A DNA stretch of 64,000 nucleotides from an uncultured Candidatus Cloacimonadota bacterium (GCA_964490765.1 CAZBDV010000009.1:17777-81776); one strand, 5' to 3'. Shown: positions 37,458 through 48,498, numbered from the stretch's first letter. Notes: generated by a model from the sequence alone, not told the origin. Numbers and translations are program-made.

Positions 37458-38156
37458 ATGATTGAGGAGTCAGGCAGAACTACCAGAAGGGAACTGATAA
37501 AGCCTGAAGATAGAGAAACGAGAAGAATCGGTTTCATTATGGGATGGGGCAATACTCTGCAGGATGAATGGCTCCCCTGGTTCAGAAAAAAAGTTATCAG
37601 TGAAGGATGGTCGGTTCTTATCATCGAATTACCTCTGGAATTCAACAATTTTGGTAGAATCAAGATCGAAATTGAGAAAGCTCTAAACGATTTCAGGCCT
37701 GAATTTCTACTCTGTCACAGCATGGGTTCACTCTTTGGCCGTTATCTCTCCGGAGAAGAATACCGAATGAGAATTTTCCTCTCTCCATTCTGGAAAATAC
37801 CAAAAAGGACACTGATCTTCGGCTCTTATGCCCTCTCCTACCTGCTACTCAGCTTGCTGAAATGGTGTAGAAAACCAATTTTAAACCGTAACTTCAACGA
37901 TTCTGATATTGGCGATATCGACCTGCCGGCCAATTCACCACAGTATATATCTCCCGCGACTATGAAGGAGGTTATAACAGCCCAGAGCAGGATGCCAGAA
38001 TTGATGGATCGTGACAGAACAATATTTTCTCCAGATGACAGGATCATAGACACATCGGTCTGTGAGGGGATAACTTATAAGGGTGGACACTTTGCCTTCT
38101 GTGTAAAGGATCGCGATGCGATATTCACTCTCCTGAGCAGGCTGATCAAAGAATAA
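37458..38156 (+). CDS. Alpha/beta-hydrolase fold protein (uncharacterised)
   Basis: Nucleophile-elbow-like LLCHSMGSLFG and C-terminal GGHF. The start codon is uncertain. Confidence 0.5.
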   Translation: MIEESGRTTRRELIKPEDRETRRIGFIMGWGNTLQDEWLPWFRKKVISEGWSVLIIELPLEFNNFGRIKIEIEKALNDFRPEFLLCHSMGSLFGRYLSGEEYRMRIFLSPFWKIPKRTLIFGSYALSYLLLSLLKWCRKPILNRNFNDSDIGDIDLPANSPQYISPATMKEVITAQSRMPELMDRDRTIFSPDDRIIDTSVCEGITYKGGHFAFCVKDRDAIFTLLSRLIKE

Positions 38157-38171
38157 TGACAGATTCAGTAA

Positions 38172-39518
38172 TTATTTCGTAATAACAAGTTTTCGGCTTC
38201 CGCAAACATCAGCCAGTTCGTCAAAGAAAGTGGGGAAAGACTTGTTCAACCCCTCACCGGAATCAAGCTTTAGTTCCTCGAAAATCAGAGCGAGAAGCGA
38301 GAAAGACATTACCAGCCTGTGGTCGTTATACGTATTTAAGATACTCTGCACTGGTGTTGACGTCAGCGGTTTGATTATTAAAACTTTTCTCTCGTAACGT
38401 ATATCTGCTCCGATCTTCGATAATTCTTTTATCAGAGCGGTTATTCGGTCGGTTTCTTTATATCTTAGCTGGTCTATATTCCTGATCTCGGTTGGGCTAT
38501 CGGCAAAGAGAGCCAGAACAGCCAGGGTGAGCACTTGATCAGGCATCTGAAGCATATCGGTTTTGATACCGTGTAGCTCCTTGCCCTGAACGGCAATGTA
38601 ATCTTCACCCCTGATTATCTGAGCACCCATATTTTCCAGAATCTTCAGAAAACCAAAATCGGCCTGAGCTGAACTCCTGGCAGCTGTCCTTACTCCTACT
38701 GCTTTACTGCTCAAGGCTCCGATTGCCCAGAAATAACAGGCAGAGGAGAAGTCCTCTTCGATCCTGAATTTGCCGGGATTATGGTAATTCTGTGCTGGAA
38801 TAGTGATCCTGTTACCCTCTCTTTCAGCCTGTATTCCGAAAGATTCCATAACCTTCAGGGTTAAAGTAATATATGATGCAGAGACCTGCTCTGCTTTCAG
38901 TTCCAGTGATATGCCATCTTTGAAGATTGGGAACGAGAGAAGAATCCCGCTAAGAAACTGGCTACTGATAGGGGCTGTCTTGTGAAGAATGTTGAGTACG
39001 CTCTTCTTGAAAGGTAATTGATGTATTACCCGGGTTATTCTGTCCCTGAAGATTCCGGCATTATTCTTGTTGAACAGGGAGAGCGACTCACTCCCTTTGA
39101 CAGTAAAAGAGTTATCCGTTTTCTCGATTTTACCTCCAATACCTCTGATGATATCTACAAGGGGGTCTAAAGGTCGCTTCTCCAGTTGAGGGGTGATCTT
39201 CACGGTTGCCAGCATATCTGGCCAGCCAGCCAGCCGGAAGAGAAGAAATCTCAAAGCAGCAGCAGAATCTTTTATTTCAATTGTCGGGTGAAGATTATAG
39301 CTTTCTGCTGGTATAACTGTCAGATCGTTCCCTTTTCTTTCAAAGCTAAAACCAAGTTCGAGCAGAGCTAGAGAGAGAGTCAGGCTATCTTCGCAATCCG
39401 GGAAATTCTGTAGTTTTAGTGGTGTATCAAAGAAGGATGTAATAATTAAAGCACGTATAGCGATCGATTTAGAGCCGGGCAGGGTCACAATACCCTGCCC
39501 GTTAAACTTATTCTTCAT
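38172..39518 (-). CDS. aroA: 3-phosphoshikimate 1-carboxyvinyltransferase (EPSP synthase)
   Basis: LPGSKSIAIRALI, repeated beta-alpha-beta-alpha-beta-beta units, and YKETDRI...NDHRLVMSF. Confidence 0.88.
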   Translation of the reverse strand: MKNKFNGQGIVTLPGSKSIAIRALIITSFFDTPLKLQNFPDCEDSLTLSLALLELGFSFERKGNDLTVIPAESYNLHPTIEIKDSAAALRFLLFRLAGWPDMLATVKITPQLEKRPLDPLVDIIRGIGGKIEKTDNSFTVKGSESLSLFNKNNAGIFRDRITRVIHQLPFKKSVLNILHKTAPISSQFLSGILLSFPIFKDGISLELKAEQVSASYITLTLKVMESFGIQAEREGNRITIPAQNYHNPGKFRIEEDFSSACYFWAIGALSSKAVGVRTAARSSAQADFGFLKILENMGAQIIRGEDYIAVQGKELHGIKTDMLQMPDQVLTLAVLALFADSPTEIRNIDQLRYKETDRITALIKELSKIGADIRYERKVLIIKPLTSTPVQSILNTYNDHRLVMSFSLLALIFEELKLDSGEGLNKSFPTFFDELADVCGSRKLVITK

Positions 39519-39535
39519 TGCTGAATTGTATTATA

Positions 39536-42500
39536 TTATTTATCAATACGGTTTATACCTATATAAACTTCTCTGCCGTTCACATCGATCTTTTTCATCT
39601 CAGTTTGCGGTTCAGTTAATCGCTCTATATTGAGAGTCAGGGTTTCATTTTTGATGTAATCGGCAAAATTGTCGAACACTTCAGCTAACTCATCATCACT
39701 GCAGAACCGGATCTCGATATTATCCATAATCTCAAAATCGAGCTCTTTACGGGTATACTGGATCTTATTGACCAGTTCGCGGGCAAATCCCTCTCTGACC
39801 AATTCAGGTGTCAGATTGATATCGAGAGCGACAAATTTATCTTTTTCACTCTCCAGAACATAACCTGCCCTGTTCTCATAACTTATGAGGAGATCCTCTT
39901 CATCTATCCTGATGGTAGAACCGTCTAAAGATATATAGTAGGACTCACCCCTGTTGAGTTTCTCAACGATCTGGTTAGCGTCTGCATCGTTAAGAGCGGC
40001 AGAGATCTGTTTCATATTCTTGCCATGCTTGGGACCGAGAGTTTTGAAGTTCGGCTTTACTACATAGTCCACTAACTGGCTTTTATTCTCGATGAATTTG
40101 ATCTCTTTGACATTGATCTCCTCTTTGATGAGGCCGGCCATTTTCTCTGCCACATCTTTATGCTCTGTCGGGACATATAGTGCCTGCAGTGTCTGTCTTA
40201 CCTTAATCTGACAGCTGTTCCTGGCAGTTCTACCCAGAGATACGAGATCGATAATTATTCCCATATCATGTTCAAGCTTCTTATCGATATAATCGGGACT
40301 GGCCTGTGGATAATCGGCAAGATGGACACTCTTCTCTCCTGTGAGATTGATAAAAATATCTTCAGCCAGAAACGGAGCAAATGGTGCCAGTAACTTACAG
40401 ACATTTACAAGGACGTAGAAGAGTGTTTTGTAAGCATCCTCTTTATCCCGGGTTAGTTCCATCACCCAGTATCTTCTCCTTGCTCTTCTTACATACCAGT
40501 TACTCAGTTCGTCGAGAATGAAATCCTGAAGTAGCCGCATCGAGCGTGTAATATCATACCGTTCATTATAGTAATTGATCTCCGTTACCAGAGAGTGGAA
40601 GCGAGAGACAATCCATCTATCGAGTTCTGCCTTGAATTCACCAGGATCGATTTTCGACTCTGAGGTTTTATATTCATCAATATTAGCATAGGTAGCAAAG
40701 AAAGAATAGACATTCTTCATTGTACCGATAAGCTTGTTAACAACCTCTTCAACCCCTTTGGGATCGAATTTTGTCGGTACCCAGGGTGGACTTACCGAGA
40801 GTAGATACCATCGTATTGCATCGGCTCCGTATTTCTCCATCAGCTCTAGAGGATCGACAGTATTACCCCTGCTCTTGCTCATCTTCTGCCCGTTCTTGTC
40901 GAGGATCAGATCATTTACGAGCACACTCTTGAAAGAGGAACGTCCCTTCAGCATAGTGGAAATAGCCAGCATAGTGTAGAACCAACCTCTCGTCTGATCG
41001 ATCCCTTCTGAGATAAAATCGGCCGGGAAGAGATCTGTATCGAACTCTTCTTCTCTTTCGAAGGGATAATGCCACTGAGCAAACGGCATCGATCCACTAT
41101 CGAACCAGCAGTCTATCACTTCCTGGGTCCTGGTCATAGTCCCCTTACAGTGTGGACAGGTCAGGACAACATCATCGATATAAGGTCGATGCAGTTCGAT
41201 ACCGGCGGGAACCTTTCCCCCGTTTTTCTGCCTGCCGAGCTTGCGCAGCTCTTCGAGTGATCCGACAGACTGTTTATAGTCACAACCTTCACAGATCCAG
41301 ATATTGAGTGGAGTCCCCCAGAACCTGTTACGACTGATAGCCCAATCGACATTATTCTCCAGCCATTCCCCGAATCTCTTCTCACCTACAAATGAAGGAT
41401 ACCATTTGATCTTACGGTTCTCCTCCATCATCAGTTCTTTGAATTCACTGGTACGGATATACCAGGAGGAGCGGGCAAAGTAGATCAATGGGGAGTCACA
41501 CCGCCAGCAAAAGGGGTAGCTGTGCATAATCTGTGATCTTCTGTACAGCAAGCCTCTCTCTTTCAGGTTACGAATAATCCCTTTATCTGCCTCTTTGACA
41601 AAAATACCGGCCCAATCTGTTATCTCATCGGTGAACTTACCGAGCTCATTTACCGGTTGAATGAATGGTAACTCATGCTTCATACCGGTATTATAGTCAT
41701 CCTGTCCAAACGCAGGAGCAGTATGAACCACGCCAGTACCATCTTCCGTAGTTACGTAATCAGCAGTTACAATGTAAAAAGCCTTCTGCTCAGGTTTTAT
41801 GTACTGGAATAACTGTTCATATTCCTGATCGGCCAGATCCTCACCTTTCAGTTCCCTGACTATCTCATAATCACCATCAATAACATGCAGACACTCCTTG
41901 GCCAGATAGAAAAACTCATCCTGATGTTTGATTTTGACATAAGTCTCTGACGGATTGACTGCGAGAGCAACATTAGAGATTAAAGTCCAGGGTGTTGTAG
42001 TCCAGGCAAGAAAGTATGTATCTTTTTCATTTTTGCTTCTGAACTTGACGAATACTGACGGATCTTCTACCTCACGGTAGCCGAGAGCTACTTCATGACT
42101 CGAAAGGGGTGTCTCACAGCTCGGACAGTAGGGTACGATCTTATGTCCTTTATAGATAATACCCTTGTTCCAGAATTGATTGAGTATCCACCAGACAGAT
42201 TCGATGTAATTATTATCCAGAGTTATATATGGGTTATCCAGATCAATCCAATAACCCATCATCTCGGTCATCTCTCTCCATTCCCTCTCATAATTAAAGA
42301 CCGATTCTTTGCATTTCTGGCAGAATTTCTCCACCCCATATTCTTCTATGGCATTTTTATCATTCAGACCGAGTGCCTTCTCCACCTCTATCTCTACCGG
42401 CAAGCCATGGGTATCCCATCCAGCCTTGCGCTTTACTTCATATCCTTTCATTGTCTTGTAGCGGCACACGGTATCCTTGATTGCCCGGGAAATCACATGA

Positions 42501-42670
42501 TGTATGCCCGGCCTGCCGTTGGCAGTTGGGGGACCTTCATAAAAGATAAACTTCGGTGCCTTATGGCGAAATTTCATGCTCTCCAGCATAGTATCATGCT
42601 TTTGCCAGTACTCTCTAACCCTCTTTTCAAAATGACTGCTCTTCTCTTTCAAATCAATCAACTTATACAT
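39536..42670 (-). CDS. ileS: Isoleucine--tRNA ligase (type 2, about 1040 aa form)
   Basis: HIGH-type motif PPTANGRPGIHHV, KMSKS motif KMSKSRGN, and an editing-domain insertion. Confidence 0.95.
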   Translation of the reverse strand: MYKLIDLKEKSSHFEKRVREYWQKHDTMLESMKFRHKAPKFIFYEGPPTANGRPGIHHVISRAIKDTVCRYKTMKGYEVKRKAGWDTHGLPVEIEVEKALGLNDKNAIEEYGVEKFCQKCKESVFNYEREWREMTEMMGYWIDLDNPYITLDNNYIESVWWILNQFWNKGIIYKGHKIVPYCPSCETPLSSHEVALGYREVEDPSVFVKFRSKNEKDTYFLAWTTTPWTLISNVALAVNPSETYVKIKHQDEFFYLAKECLHVIDGDYEIVRELKGEDLADQEYEQLFQYIKPEQKAFYIVTADYVTTEDGTGVVHTAPAFGQDDYNTGMKHELPFIQPVNELGKFTDEITDWAGIFVKEADKGIIRNLKERGLLYRRSQIMHSYPFCWRCDSPLIYFARSSWYIRTSEFKELMMEENRKIKWYPSFVGEKRFGEWLENNVDWAISRNRFWGTPLNIWICEGCDYKQSVGSLEELRKLGRQKNGGKVPAGIELHRPYIDDVVLTCPHCKGTMTRTQEVIDCWFDSGSMPFAQWHYPFEREEEFDTDLFPADFISEGIDQTRGWFYTMLAISTMLKGRSSFKSVLVNDLILDKNGQKMSKSRGNTVDPLELMEKYGADAIRWYLLSVSPPWVPTKFDPKGVEEVVNKLIGTMKNVYSFFATYANIDEYKTSESKIDPGEFKAELDRWIVSRFHSLVTEINYYNERYDITRSMRLLQDFILDELSNWYVRRARRRYWVMELTRDKEDAYKTLFYVLVNVCKLLAPFAPFLAEDIFINLTGEKSVHLADYPQASPDYIDKKLEHDMGIIIDLVSLGRTARNSCQIKVRQTLQALYVPTEHKDVAEKMAGLIKEEINVKEIKFIENKSQLVDYVVKPNFKTLGPKHGKNMKQISAALNDADANQIVEKLNRGESYYISLDGSTIRIDEEDLLISYENRAGYVLESEKDKFVALDINLTPELVREGFARELVNKIQYTRKELDFEIMDNIEIRFCSDDELAEVFDNFADYIKNETLTLNIERLTEPQTEMKKIDVNGREVYIGINRIDK

Positions 42671-42723
42671 CGTAATCTCTCCTGAAACTCCTTTAAAAAC
42701 AGATCTCTATGTTATAAGATGAG

Positions 42724-42990
42724 TCAGATTTTCCCCTTCTCATCTTCCTGCTCGTCCTCTTCGAACATCTCGTGATAGAACTCGCGTAATTCCGGAATTG
42801 TAGACACATACTCCTTCCACTCCTCCATTATTGCCTCATTATCAACACACTTATGGCAGGGTATGAGGAGATTCTCCGGAGTGTATCCGATGTAGCCTCT
42901 ATCGTAACAGATATTACAGCGCTTTTTCAACCTGTGGCGACTAATAATCTCCAGGGCTTTCTTCTGATGTTCTTCGGCTAATCTAAACAT
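42724..42990 (-). CDS. Small zinc-ribbon-like protein with acidic tail (88 aa)
   Basis: CNICYDRG...CHKC gives two CxxC pairs. Glu/Asp-rich C-terminus. No family recognised. Confidence 0.45.
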   Translation of the reverse strand: MFRLAEEHQKKALEIISRHRLKKRCNICYDRGYIGYTPENLLIPCHKCVDNEAIMEEWKEYVSTIPELREFYHEMFEEDEQEDEKGKI

Positions 42991-43142
42991 TTTTCGAACT
43001 ATACTCCTTCAGGTCTCAAGAACTTTACATAATGTCATTGTGTCAAATAAAAATATATAGGGAGTTTATGTCAGATAGTGAAAATGGGTAGTGAGGAGAT
43101 ATAATAATGCTTTAAACTATTGGTTCAAGTTCTCCGTGAGAG

Positions 43143-43562
43143 TTATCTCCCCAGGATGGAAGGTTTGTATATCTCGATTGTAGCATGGCTCAATTCTTCT
43201 CCTTCCAGTAAAGGCCGTTCCCATTTCTCAACCATCTTTCTATATCTGCGGCGTGAACGGGGGGGTAATTCGACATTAGTTAATCGGCTGGCTATCAAAT
43301 CTCCCCTTGTCGTATAAACTTTGATCAGAAATGGTTCTTCTCTCGTCATCCTCGTTTTGTTCGTCACTACAAAGAGTACATCAACACTGGAATGGGTCTG
43401 ATCGGTAAGAACGATCTCATCAATATCATAATAATCCTCCCTCTTCTCCAACCAGCATGATCGGAGAATAAATCCGAGTATCACAGCTGCCAGTAGAATG
43501 AGTTTTATTCCGGGAGGTATATAAGATCGTCTGGTAAAGTCAGGTCTTTCAATAACAGGCAT
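43143..43562 (-). CDS. Single-pass membrane protein, hypothetical
   Basis: One TM helix (IKLILLAAVILGFIL), then a beta-rich domain. No motif recognised. Confidence 0.45.
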   Translation of the reverse strand: MPVIERPDFTRRSYIPPGIKLILLAAVILGFILRSCWLEKREDYYDIDEIVLTDQTHSSVDVLFVVTNKTRMTREEPFLIKVYTTRGDLIASRLTNVELPPRSRRRYRKMVEKWERPLLEGEELSHATIEIYKPSILGR

Positions 43563-43580
43563 TTTGACTGTTTTCTCTTA

Positions 43581-45119
43581 TTATGTTTTCTTGAATAGAG
43601 GCTTACAGGTCATCTCTTTAGGAATCGTGATATCCAGCATCTGGAGAATGGTTGGTGCTAAACCACCCAGCACACTCTCTTCCACCTGGATAGCGTTCTC
43701 GTTCTGACGAAAGATGGCTACCGGAACCGGGTTGGTTGTATGTGCTGTGAAGTTATTCCCCTTCTCGTCGAGTAATTTCTCCGCATTACCATGATCTGCT
43801 GTCAAAATGATGTCATAGCCGTGTTTCTTCGCTATAGGAACGAATTCACCCACACAGCTGTCGACCGTCTCTACCGCCTTGACAGCTGCTTCAAAGATAC
43901 CAGTATGACCAACCATATCACAGTTGGCAAAATTGACCACTATTAGGTCATACATCTCTTTCTGGAGTGATTCTATCAGCTTGTCCTTTACTTCCAGAGC
44001 ACTCATTTCCGGTTTCAGATCGTAAGATGCTACCTTCGGAGAGGGAACGAGTATTCTGTCCTCGCCACTGAAAGGCTCTTCTTTGCCACAATTGAAGAAA
44101 TAGGTTACATGTGCATACTTCTCTGTCTCCGCTAATCTCAACTGCTTTAATTTATGATTGGCTATGACTTCTCCCAGTATATTCTTCTGTTCGGGATTCC
44201 TGAATGCAACCTTCAGATAGGAGCTGAAAGAACTCTCATACTCACTCATGGAAACAAAATGAAGATTCTTGAATTTCAGGGCATCAAATTCGTCAAAATC
44301 GGGCATTATCAGAGCTCTTGTTATCTGTCTTGTTCGATCTGCCCTGAAATTAAGGAATATTATGGAATCATCGTCTTCAATCTTCGCTATGGGTTTCTCC
44401 TCTTTTTTGATTACTTTAGGAACGATAAACTCATCAGTTACATCCTCTTCGTAACTGCTCTTTATCGCTTCAAGAGGATCGGTAAACTCTTCACCCCGGC
44501 CATAAACCATTGCATCATAAGCCTTCTTTATCCTTTCCCATCGCCTGTCTCTGTCCATCGCATAATAACGACCCGAAATGGTTGCCACCTCTCCAAAGCC
44601 GAATCTCTCAACCGACTTCAAATAATCTTTCATAAAGCCAAGCCCTGAATGGGGTAATGTATCACGTCCATCCATAAACGCATGCAAGTAAACGTTTTTA
44701 AAATCTCGCCTCTTACAGAGCTCCAACATTCCCTGCAGGTGGTTGAGATTACTGTGCACATTACCGTCAGAAAGCAGGATGAAGAGATGCAATTTACTGC
44801 TGTTCTGCTCTGCATGATCAATTCCCTTATTCAAAGCTTCATTATCGTAGAATTCACCCTCGTCGATCTTCTTATCAATCAAGGTATTGAGTTGATAAAC
44901 AACTCTTCCGGCACCGATGTTCATATGCCCCACTTCCGAGTTACCCATTACCCCTTCAGGCAGGCCGACATCAAGGCCAGAGGTTCTCAATACACTCTTT
45001 GGATTCTCTTCGAGAAATTTATCAAGATTCGGAGTTGAGGCTGCTGCTATTGCATTACCTTTTTTTTCTGGATTGATACCCCAACCATCCAGTATAACCA
45101 ACATTACTCTCTTTGTCAT
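43581..45119 (-). CDS. gpmI: 2,3-bisphosphoglycerate-independent phosphoglycerate mutase
   Basis: VMLVILDGWG, NSEVGHMNIGAGR, and ADHGNAE. The ATG at 45119 has an AAGGA RBS and is preferred over the track start at 45152. Confidence 0.92.
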   Translation of the reverse strand: MTKRVMLVILDGWGINPEKKGNAIAAASTPNLDKFLEENPKSVLRTSGLDVGLPEGVMGNSEVGHMNIGAGRVVYQLNTLIDKKIDEGEFYDNEALNKGIDHAEQNSSKLHLFILLSDGNVHSNLNHLQGMLELCKRRDFKNVYLHAFMDGRDTLPHSGLGFMKDYLKSVERFGFGEVATISGRYYAMDRDRRWERIKKAYDAMVYGRGEEFTDPLEAIKSSYEEDVTDEFIVPKVIKKEEKPIAKIEDDDSIIFLNFRADRTRQITRALIMPDFDEFDALKFKNLHFVSMSEYESSFSSYLKVAFRNPEQKNILGEVIANHKLKQLRLAETEKYAHVTYFFNCGKEEPFSGEDRILVPSPKVASYDLKPEMSALEVKDKLIESLQKEMYDLIVVNFANCDMVGHTGIFEAAVKAVETVDSCVGEFVPIAKKHGYDIILTADHGNAEKLLDEKGNNFTAHTTNPVPVAIFRQNENAIQVEESVLGGLAPTILQMLDITIPKEMTCKPLFKKT

Positions 45120-45251
45120 TTCTATCCTTTTTTCATTATTTATGACGATCATCCTCTACGGATGATCACTCTATTCTTTAATAAGTGAAGCTTGCCATAC
45201 AGGTTTATAAGTCAATAAAAGAATTCTGCGTCAGGAATTCCAAGCCCTTTT

Positions 45252-45521
45252 CTACCTCTTTGTATCAGGATTCTCGATTTCGCCGTCACGCTTTTCTGAC
45301 AGCAGATTTATAGCTATTTCATATATATCGTTAATTGGCCTCTCTTTGATACTCCTGGCTATGTTTACAGCTTCTTCGATCTCATTCATTGTACACCCTG
45401 CCTTCATCGCTTCCAGAAAATGATAACGTAAACTCTTATGGCAATTTCCGGCAATAGATGCCGAAATAGCTATCAACTCCTGCTCTTTCGGTGTCAAAAT
45501 TTCTCCCCGTTTAATTTCCAT
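45252..45521 (-). CDS. Carboxymuconolactone decarboxylase (AhpD-like) family protein
   Basis: 89 aa. ELIAISASIAGNCHKSLRYHF resembles the CMD/AhpD core helix motif. Confidence 0.6.
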   Translation of the reverse strand: MEIKRGEILTPKEQELIAISASIAGNCHKSLRYHFLEAMKAGCTMNEIEEAVNIARSIKERPINDIYEIAINLLSEKRDGEIENPDTKR

Positions 45522-45758
45522 GATTAACCTCCTTCTCTTATCTCGTCTCTCCTTCTAAACCAGAAAATTGCGTCCGGGTTTCATTAACCTCTCTGTTATA
45601 ATATAGTTTACTTCTGAGATTTGTGAAATCTTCTTTGCAATATACATAGCTGTAACAATCAGGCAGTTCTGCTCTCAGAGTTTACTTTTCTTTTGACAAA
45701 AACTGGGGGAAAAAGTGAAACTGTTTGTCATTATAATATAAGATAGGAGGTCAAAATA

Positions 45759-46934
45759 ATGTTGAGAGATAAGAAGATTCTTCTCGGTGTTACCGGTGGA
45801 ATTGCTGCTTATAAAGCTGTCGAGCTGGCAAGCAACCTTACGAAAGCCGGAGCTGCTGTCAAAGTCATCATGACAGATAGTGCCCGGGAGTTCGTTAGCC
45901 CCCTTACTTTCCGTTCCATAACCGGACAATCGGTAACAATCCGACTCTTTAACAGTGAAGCTCCTATTGAACATATATCACTAGCCGAGTGGTGTGACCT
46001 TCTCGTTGTGGCTCCAGCAACAGCAAACATAATCGGTAAAATCGCATCAGGCATTGCCGACGATCTGCTTTCAACAACCATAATGGCCTGCACCTCTCCA
46101 GTACTGGTCGTACCGGCAATGAATTCCAATATGTGGGATAACCCGATAGTTCAGGAGAATCTGAATCATATCTGCAGAAATGATTATCTGATAATGCCTC
46201 CCGATATGGGAAGACTTGCCTGTGGTTATGAAGGTAAGGGGCGTTTTCCGGAGGTAACAGAGATTGCCTCCTGGATCAGGAGTGCACTCTATTACCCCAG
46301 AAACATGAAGGGAAAGAAGGTTCTGATAACTGCCGGAGCATGCCGTGAGCATCTTGACCCGATGCGCTATATCTCAAACGAATCATCCGGCAAAATGGGG
46401 CTGGCTCTGGCAAGAGCGGCTTATCACCGTGGAGCTGATGTGACCCTTGTAGCCGGTCATATCACTGAGAAGGTTCCCTACTTCTTGAAAACCCTCAGGG
46501 TATCGAATGCACAAGATATGTACGACGCAACACTCCGTTATGCTAATGAGATGGATATCATAATTATGACAGCCGCTGTTACAGATTTCAGGTTCAGAGA
46601 GCAATCGACAAAAAAGCTCAAAAAGGAGAAGCTAGATTCTGCATCCCTGAAGTTAGATTTGCAACCCACTGTCGATATCCTGAAAGAACTTGGCCAACTA
46701 AAAGGAGAAAAACAGAAACTGATAGGCTTTGCTGCGGAAACAGAAGATATGTTAGCCAATGCACGAAAGAAACTGGAAGCCAAAAACTGCGATCTCATCA
46801 TCGCCAATGACATTTCCAATGCAGGTAAGAATGAAACGGAAGTTGTTGTTATAGATAGAGAGAAAGAGACAGATATCAGGGGAGATAAGTTTCTCGTAGC
46901 CCACAGAATATTAGAGATGATTGTTAATCAATAA
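45759..46934 (+). CDS. coaBC: Bifunctional phosphopantothenoylcysteine decarboxylase / phosphopantothenate--cysteine ligase
   Basis: N-terminal flavoprotein motif ILLGVTGGIAAYK...PAMN..MW. C-terminal CoaB motifs (ITAG...E.LDP.R.ISN.SSGKMG). Confidence 0.92.
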   Translation: MLRDKKILLGVTGGIAAYKAVELASNLTKAGAAVKVIMTDSAREFVSPLTFRSITGQSVTIRLFNSEAPIEHISLAEWCDLLVVAPATANIIGKIASGIADDLLSTTIMACTSPVLVVPAMNSNMWDNPIVQENLNHICRNDYLIMPPDMGRLACGYEGKGRFPEVTEIASWIRSALYYPRNMKGKKVLITAGACREHLDPMRYISNESSGKMGLALARAAYHRGADVTLVAGHITEKVPYFLKTLRVSNAQDMYDATLRYANEMDIIIMTAAVTDFRFREQSTKKLKKEKLDSASLKLDLQPTVDILKELGQLKGEKQKLIGFAAETEDMLANARKKLEAKNCDLIIANDISNAGKNETEVVVIDREKETDIRGDKFLVAHRILEMIVNQ

Positions 46935-46951
46935 CAAAACAGGTAAAGGGA

Positions 46952-47731
46952 ATGCAAGATAGTAAAGAAGCAATTATTATAACGGGTGCTAACGGTAATA
47001 TAGGTTCAGCCCTCGCTTCCGTTCTTGCAGAAGAGGGGTTTAATCTTATACTGCACTATCATAACTCTCACCAGAGAATTGATGGTTTAACAAAAAAGTT
47101 CAGCTCTTCTGTCGTTAGCATAAGGGGAGATCTCACTGACCTGAACCAGCTGGAGAAAGAAATGCAACAGTGCTGTAATGAAACTGGCTTCTCTCCACTT
47201 GCTCTCGTTCATACAGCCGCCAAACGGAGTATAGATTCCGCATCTCTCTCTGATACAACCCCGGAATTGTGGAAGAGTATTTTCGATACCAATGTAATTG
47301 GTTCCTACAATATTCTGAAAGTTGTAATACCATTAATGAGACAGAGATATCATTCTGGTCGGACATCAGAAAAGAGCCGAATTGTTCTTTTAGGTTCCGA
47401 TGTGAGCAGGATAGGATTACCCTACGGTTCTGCCTATGCAGCATCTAAAGCAGCAGTCAGCAATCTGGCCCGTTCACTGGCTGCAGAGCTGGCGGATTCC
47501 GGGATTCTGATCAATATTGTATCTCCTGGCCCTGTGGATATAGACGATTCTCATTTCCCAGAAGAGTACCGACGCTTCAGAGCAGAATATTACTCCGAAA
47601 TTCTAAAAAGAATACCACTCAAGAGACTTGCCAGGCCGGGCGATGTGATTTCCCTCTGTAAATTCCTAATCTCAGAAGAAAATCGATATTTAACGGGAGA
47701 AGAATTCTTCCTGACTGGAGGAAAATTATAA
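46952..47731 (+). CDS. Short-chain dehydrogenase/reductase
   Basis: TGANGNIGSALA cofactor motif and catalytic YAASKAAV. Confidence 0.8.
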   Translation: MQDSKEAIIITGANGNIGSALASVLAEEGFNLILHYHNSHQRIDGLTKKFSSSVVSIRGDLTDLNQLEKEMQQCCNETGFSPLALVHTAAKRSIDSASLSDTTPELWKSIFDTNVIGSYNILKVVIPLMRQRYHSGRTSEKSRIVLLGSDVSRIGLPYGSAYAASKAAVSNLARSLAAELADSGILINIVSPGPVDIDDSHFPEEYRRFRAEYYSEILKRIPLKRLARPGDVISLCKFLISEENRYLTGEEFFLTGGKL

Positions 47732-48498
47732 TGCACAAAAACCTCATATTAGCTGCAATCATACCTTGTGTAGTTATACTCATACTTTTATGCTCACCTC
47801 AACTCTATTCATTCATGGATGGTGAGAAGCTCACCTTTGATATCAAATATGGTTTTATTGGTGCCGGGCAGGCTACGCTTCACGCAGAAGAGATCAATTA
47901 CCGTGACAATATACCGGCTTACAAGATCACCTCTACAGCGCGGACTAACAGATTTTTCGACCGTATCTTCAAGGTCAGGGATGAGATAGAATCTATAATG
48001 GATAAGGAGAGACTCGTCTCTCATCAATATACTAAGAGACTGGAAGAGGGCAGATATCGTCAGTACCGTATTCACTATTACTACCCTGAACATGGCTACA
48101 CTCATTACATGCGTTACAGTTTTTCCGATCAAACATTTACAGAAGAACGACTGGAGATACCTTCTGAGACTCAGGATATCCTCTCAGCTTTCTACTGGTT
48201 CAGAATGCAGAATGCTGCTCCTGGGGATACACTGATAGTCAATATCACAACCGACGGTGAGAATTATGATGCCGGTATTGTCGTAAACCGTAAAGAGACG
48301 ATAAAAACAATCTTTGGACAGAAAGAGTGTCTGGTAATCGAACCCATGCTAGAAGGTGAAGCCCTCTTTCAACAGACCGGTTCTATCTATATCTGGGTTA
48401 CGAACGATGAATATAAAATACCCGTCAGATTAGAGAGCAAAGTCATTTTTGGTAGCTTTACTGCAACCCTCTCCGAAGCAAAAAATGTCCCTTACTAA
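47731..48498 (+). CDS. DUF3108 domain protein
   Basis: N-terminal TM/signal segment. GEKLTFDIKYGFIGAGQATLHAE...FKVRDEIES fits my recollection of DUF3108. Confidence 0.6.
   Translation: MHKNLILAAIIPCVVILILLCSPQLYSFMDGEKLTFDIKYGFIGAGQATLHAEEINYRDNIPAYKITSTARTNRFFDRIFKVRDEIESIMDKERLVSHQYTKRLEEGRYRQYRIHYYYPEHGYTHYMRYSFSDQTFTEERLEIPSETQDILSAFYWFRMQNAAPGDTLIVNITTDGENYDAGIVVNRKETIKTIFGQKECLVIEPMLEGEALFQQTGSIYIWVTNDEYKIPVRLESKVIFGSFTATLSEAKNVPY

Noticed and set aside
36340-37663. Antisense or off-frame ORFs (36340..36660, 36390..36623, 36886..37182, 37346..37663), and many others in the track (e.g. 1385..1840, 29705..30163, 31297..31815, 42095..42685, 44154..44648, 58661..59188, 60045..60470, 60433..60849)
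   Set aside because: They overlap, on the opposite strand or in another frame, genes with unambiguous family motifs. Their translations are low-complexity or Ser/Leu/Arg-rich shadow sequence with no motifs. 37346..37663 also runs through the operon terminator and the start of the hydrolase gene.
40304-40312. Isolated perfect DnaA box TGTGGATAA inside ileS
   Set aside because: It is a single occurrence within coding sequence. That is consistent with the chance expectation of about 0.5 per 64 kb, so it is not treated as regulatory.
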